DNA from: Trichosphaerium sp. ATCC 40318
Taxonomy: Eukaryota; Protista; Tubulinea
Assembly: GCA_038496445.1 (NCBI GenBank)
Contig: JALMLS010000564.1
Span: 310,001 to 374,000 of the forward strand
Length of the DNA stretch: 64,000 nucleotides
Direction: 5' to 3'
The notes beneath the pieces were generated by a model. The model searched no databases. It was not told the DNA's origin and saw only the letters and a list, made by a program, of their open reading frames with translations. Positions 61,870 to 64,000 of this stretch are shown here, in pieces. How positions within the stretch are numbered: position 1 is the stretch's first letter; each line of letters begins with the position of its first letter. Position numbers and translations under genes: made by a program.

Positions 61870-62286
61870 GGTTGTCGCTCGTTTGTACAATAAACAAAGC
61901 TGTATTGAGCTGTTTCTAGTTGTTGTCCATAGCATTAGGTGGTTTGCGTCTCTCAACTAATTAAATCGCTTCACGTGAAAGTTAAAAGTTCCTTATTGTC
62001 CTAGGTGAAACGTTCATTTCAATGCATTTAACGCTTAAAAAACGAACAGCTACAAAGAACAAAAAACAACCATCCGAAAATCCGAAAGACGAATACCTAC
62101 GCCAGCGCCTGATACTAACGGGTAGTTGCAAGAAAAAAACAAGAGTAGCAACAGTTAAAAACCCCTCACGTAAGGTAAGAACGGATAAAGAGAAACGTAG
62201 AAAAATAATAAACTGACAAAGCACTGTGCAATCAAAGTACTTCAAAAAGCAAATTATACATAATATAGTTTTATTCGCAAAAGAGA

Positions 62287-63613
62287 TCAATAGTTGTTGC
62301 CATGTCTTCCGCTGTGATGTCTCCTTTTTATGTCGTAGCGTTTATGCCACAGTGTACATTGTTCTTGATTAGCATTCAGTAGCTGTAGCATAAACTTGGA
62401 GTCCACCAATACTCCAAGATGAAACCCTTCTCCCTGACGGAAGAAAAAGGGAGCACCAAAGTTTCCAGACGCTACGTGCGCGTCAACAAACTCCTCAAGC
62501 AGAACCAAGCTCTCATGTAGAACCTTCAAGGTAATGTTGCGCTTAAACAAAGCAACTTTACCAATACGGAGCATAGTTTCGAAATCCGCCACCAAGAAAC
62601 CGCGTCGGTCAACCAGCTCGACAACTGAGTAGTTGACGACAGGCTTTTAAATGACACCATTTATAGCCTCTCTGAGATTTGCTATGGTCTCGTCTTGGTG
62701 ATGTAATTTTGTGGCACTTTTGATGCACTAGACAACAAATTAGACCGCATTGGGCATACAAAAAAATGTAACGTGCCGTTATTAAATTGCTCTGTTGGAA
62801 CGAAGCATTTCATTGTAAAGGGAACACTCTTTCTGTATTTTTTAGCATGCCAGAACAAAAAGCACTCTTTCGAATTTCCTTTGCGCAGCATTTCCTGTAC
62901 CGCCTCTAGAAAAATTTGTGGCGGCACTTGCGAGACAGCAACGATTCTACATTCAAAACCTAAAAATACAAGTTTAGAACAACAAACGTTTTCAAGCTCG
63001 AATGTTGGGCGTACCGACGTTCCAAATAAACAAAGGCCTTCCTTGCCGGTCAGGTGAGATGGTTTGGCAAATATTTGCCTTGGGAGAACTCTTGCTCTCG
63101 CATTTAACGGTTGTGTTTGGAAGTGTAGGATCCTCCATTTCTATTTCACTCTCAAGCGTTGGCGTTGTGAAAGGCCAGTCGAAAACTAAAGAGTCTGTCT
63201 CTGAGATAAAATCCTCATGCCTTAGTGGCATTGTTGGTTGCGCTACCATTGAACCGCTTAGGAGTTAAAGAGTCATAAAACTTTAGTGAAAAAAGAGAAA
63301 GTAAGCCAAACGCTCTAGCCACGCGTAACAAAGGATACCATAGCAGTGACGTTTCGCACGTTGAAAATCCTTCGCGCGAATAGCAAATGCTATTTATTTT
63401 AGTACTGACGCGCTCAAGCTCTTCGAGAAGCGCAAGCTTTTCCTTTCGGATTAGTTGGGTATTTAAAACTGACAGCCTGCTGCACGTCACACTTATCGTA
63501 TGCCTGTTAAAGGATAGAGTAAGCATTTTAGCTAACACTGTAGCTGGTAGCATGTCAACGGTATAGGAGGGCTTAGTAGGAGCTCTCTTTGGCTTTTTTA
63601 CAGGTGAAAACAT
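62287..63613 (-). CDS. Hypothetical protein with F-box-like N-terminal motif, multi-exon (3' end unresolved)
   Basis: 'VDMLPATVLAKML'. Exons 1-3 splice in frame, but the frame after ~62730 is ambiguous. Confidence 0.5.
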
Positions 63614-64000
63614 TATTCAAAGCGTGTAGAGTTGCTTTGAGTCGTTTTCAGTAGAGTTGTAATGAAAAATAGTCTTTGATGTTCCTTGGTAAAATTCCGA
63701 ATTATTCGGTTTTTCAGATCACGTTTTCAAACCGAAAAGGCACCGAAACTGTTCAAAGAGTCGCGAATGCTTTCACACACCATCGATTATAATTAAATGC
63801 GTGACCGTTAGCGCAAATAGCAATAGAAAGTTGCTGGCGTGTAATGTACGATCACTTTTTACGGCCGAAGCAAATGCAAAAAAGGTAAAAAGCGCTATTG
63901 ACGCTATATAATGCTCCAGTATGAATACAAAACGACATTTTAAACGAAATAAAGAAAGAAAAGCTGAAAACGGTACGATCACGTTTTTTGAATCGAACCG

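Noticed and set aside
1-64000. Stop-codon reassignment as the cause of fragmented ORFs
   Set aside because: Fragmentation is explained by short GT/GC-AG introns. TAA, TAG and TGA all end conserved genes at expected positions.

Overview
This is gene-dense nuclear DNA from a eukaryotic microbe, read with the standard genetic code. Spliceosomal introns are short (mostly ~35-60 nt), donors are often GTAC(G), several are GC-AG, and at least one looks U12-type. Intergenic spaces are very short. Gene content, such as a Frizzled/Smoothened-like CRD receptor, fits an amoebozoan-like protist, but that is inference. About 30 protein genes were reconstructed by hand from the exon fragments. Recognisable ones are a TROVE/p80-like protein, a GT8 glycosyltransferase, XPD, eIF3e (hosting three intronic C/D snoRNAs), cobalamin synthase CobS, ACMSD, ITFG2, ISCA2, UBC12, DPAGT1, FHIP/FAM160, a Sel1-repeat protein, a Ser/Thr kinase, an LRWD1-like WD40 protein and ORC4. 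The most unusual items are: (1) an ORF-less, highly structured ~700-nt minus-strand transcription unit at ~31970-32700 with a 1.5-repeat AACCCUAAC motif, a candidate telomerase RNA or novel structured RNA; (2) an in-frame fusion of a COG0523/CobW zinc-chaperone GTPase to the eIF2 assembly factor Cdc123; (3) a tRNA cluster with an atypical dicistronic Phe/Leu pair and a tRNA-like gene with a non-canonical 28-nt anticodon region. Spliced-gene boundaries were inferred by eye and may be off by a few bases.
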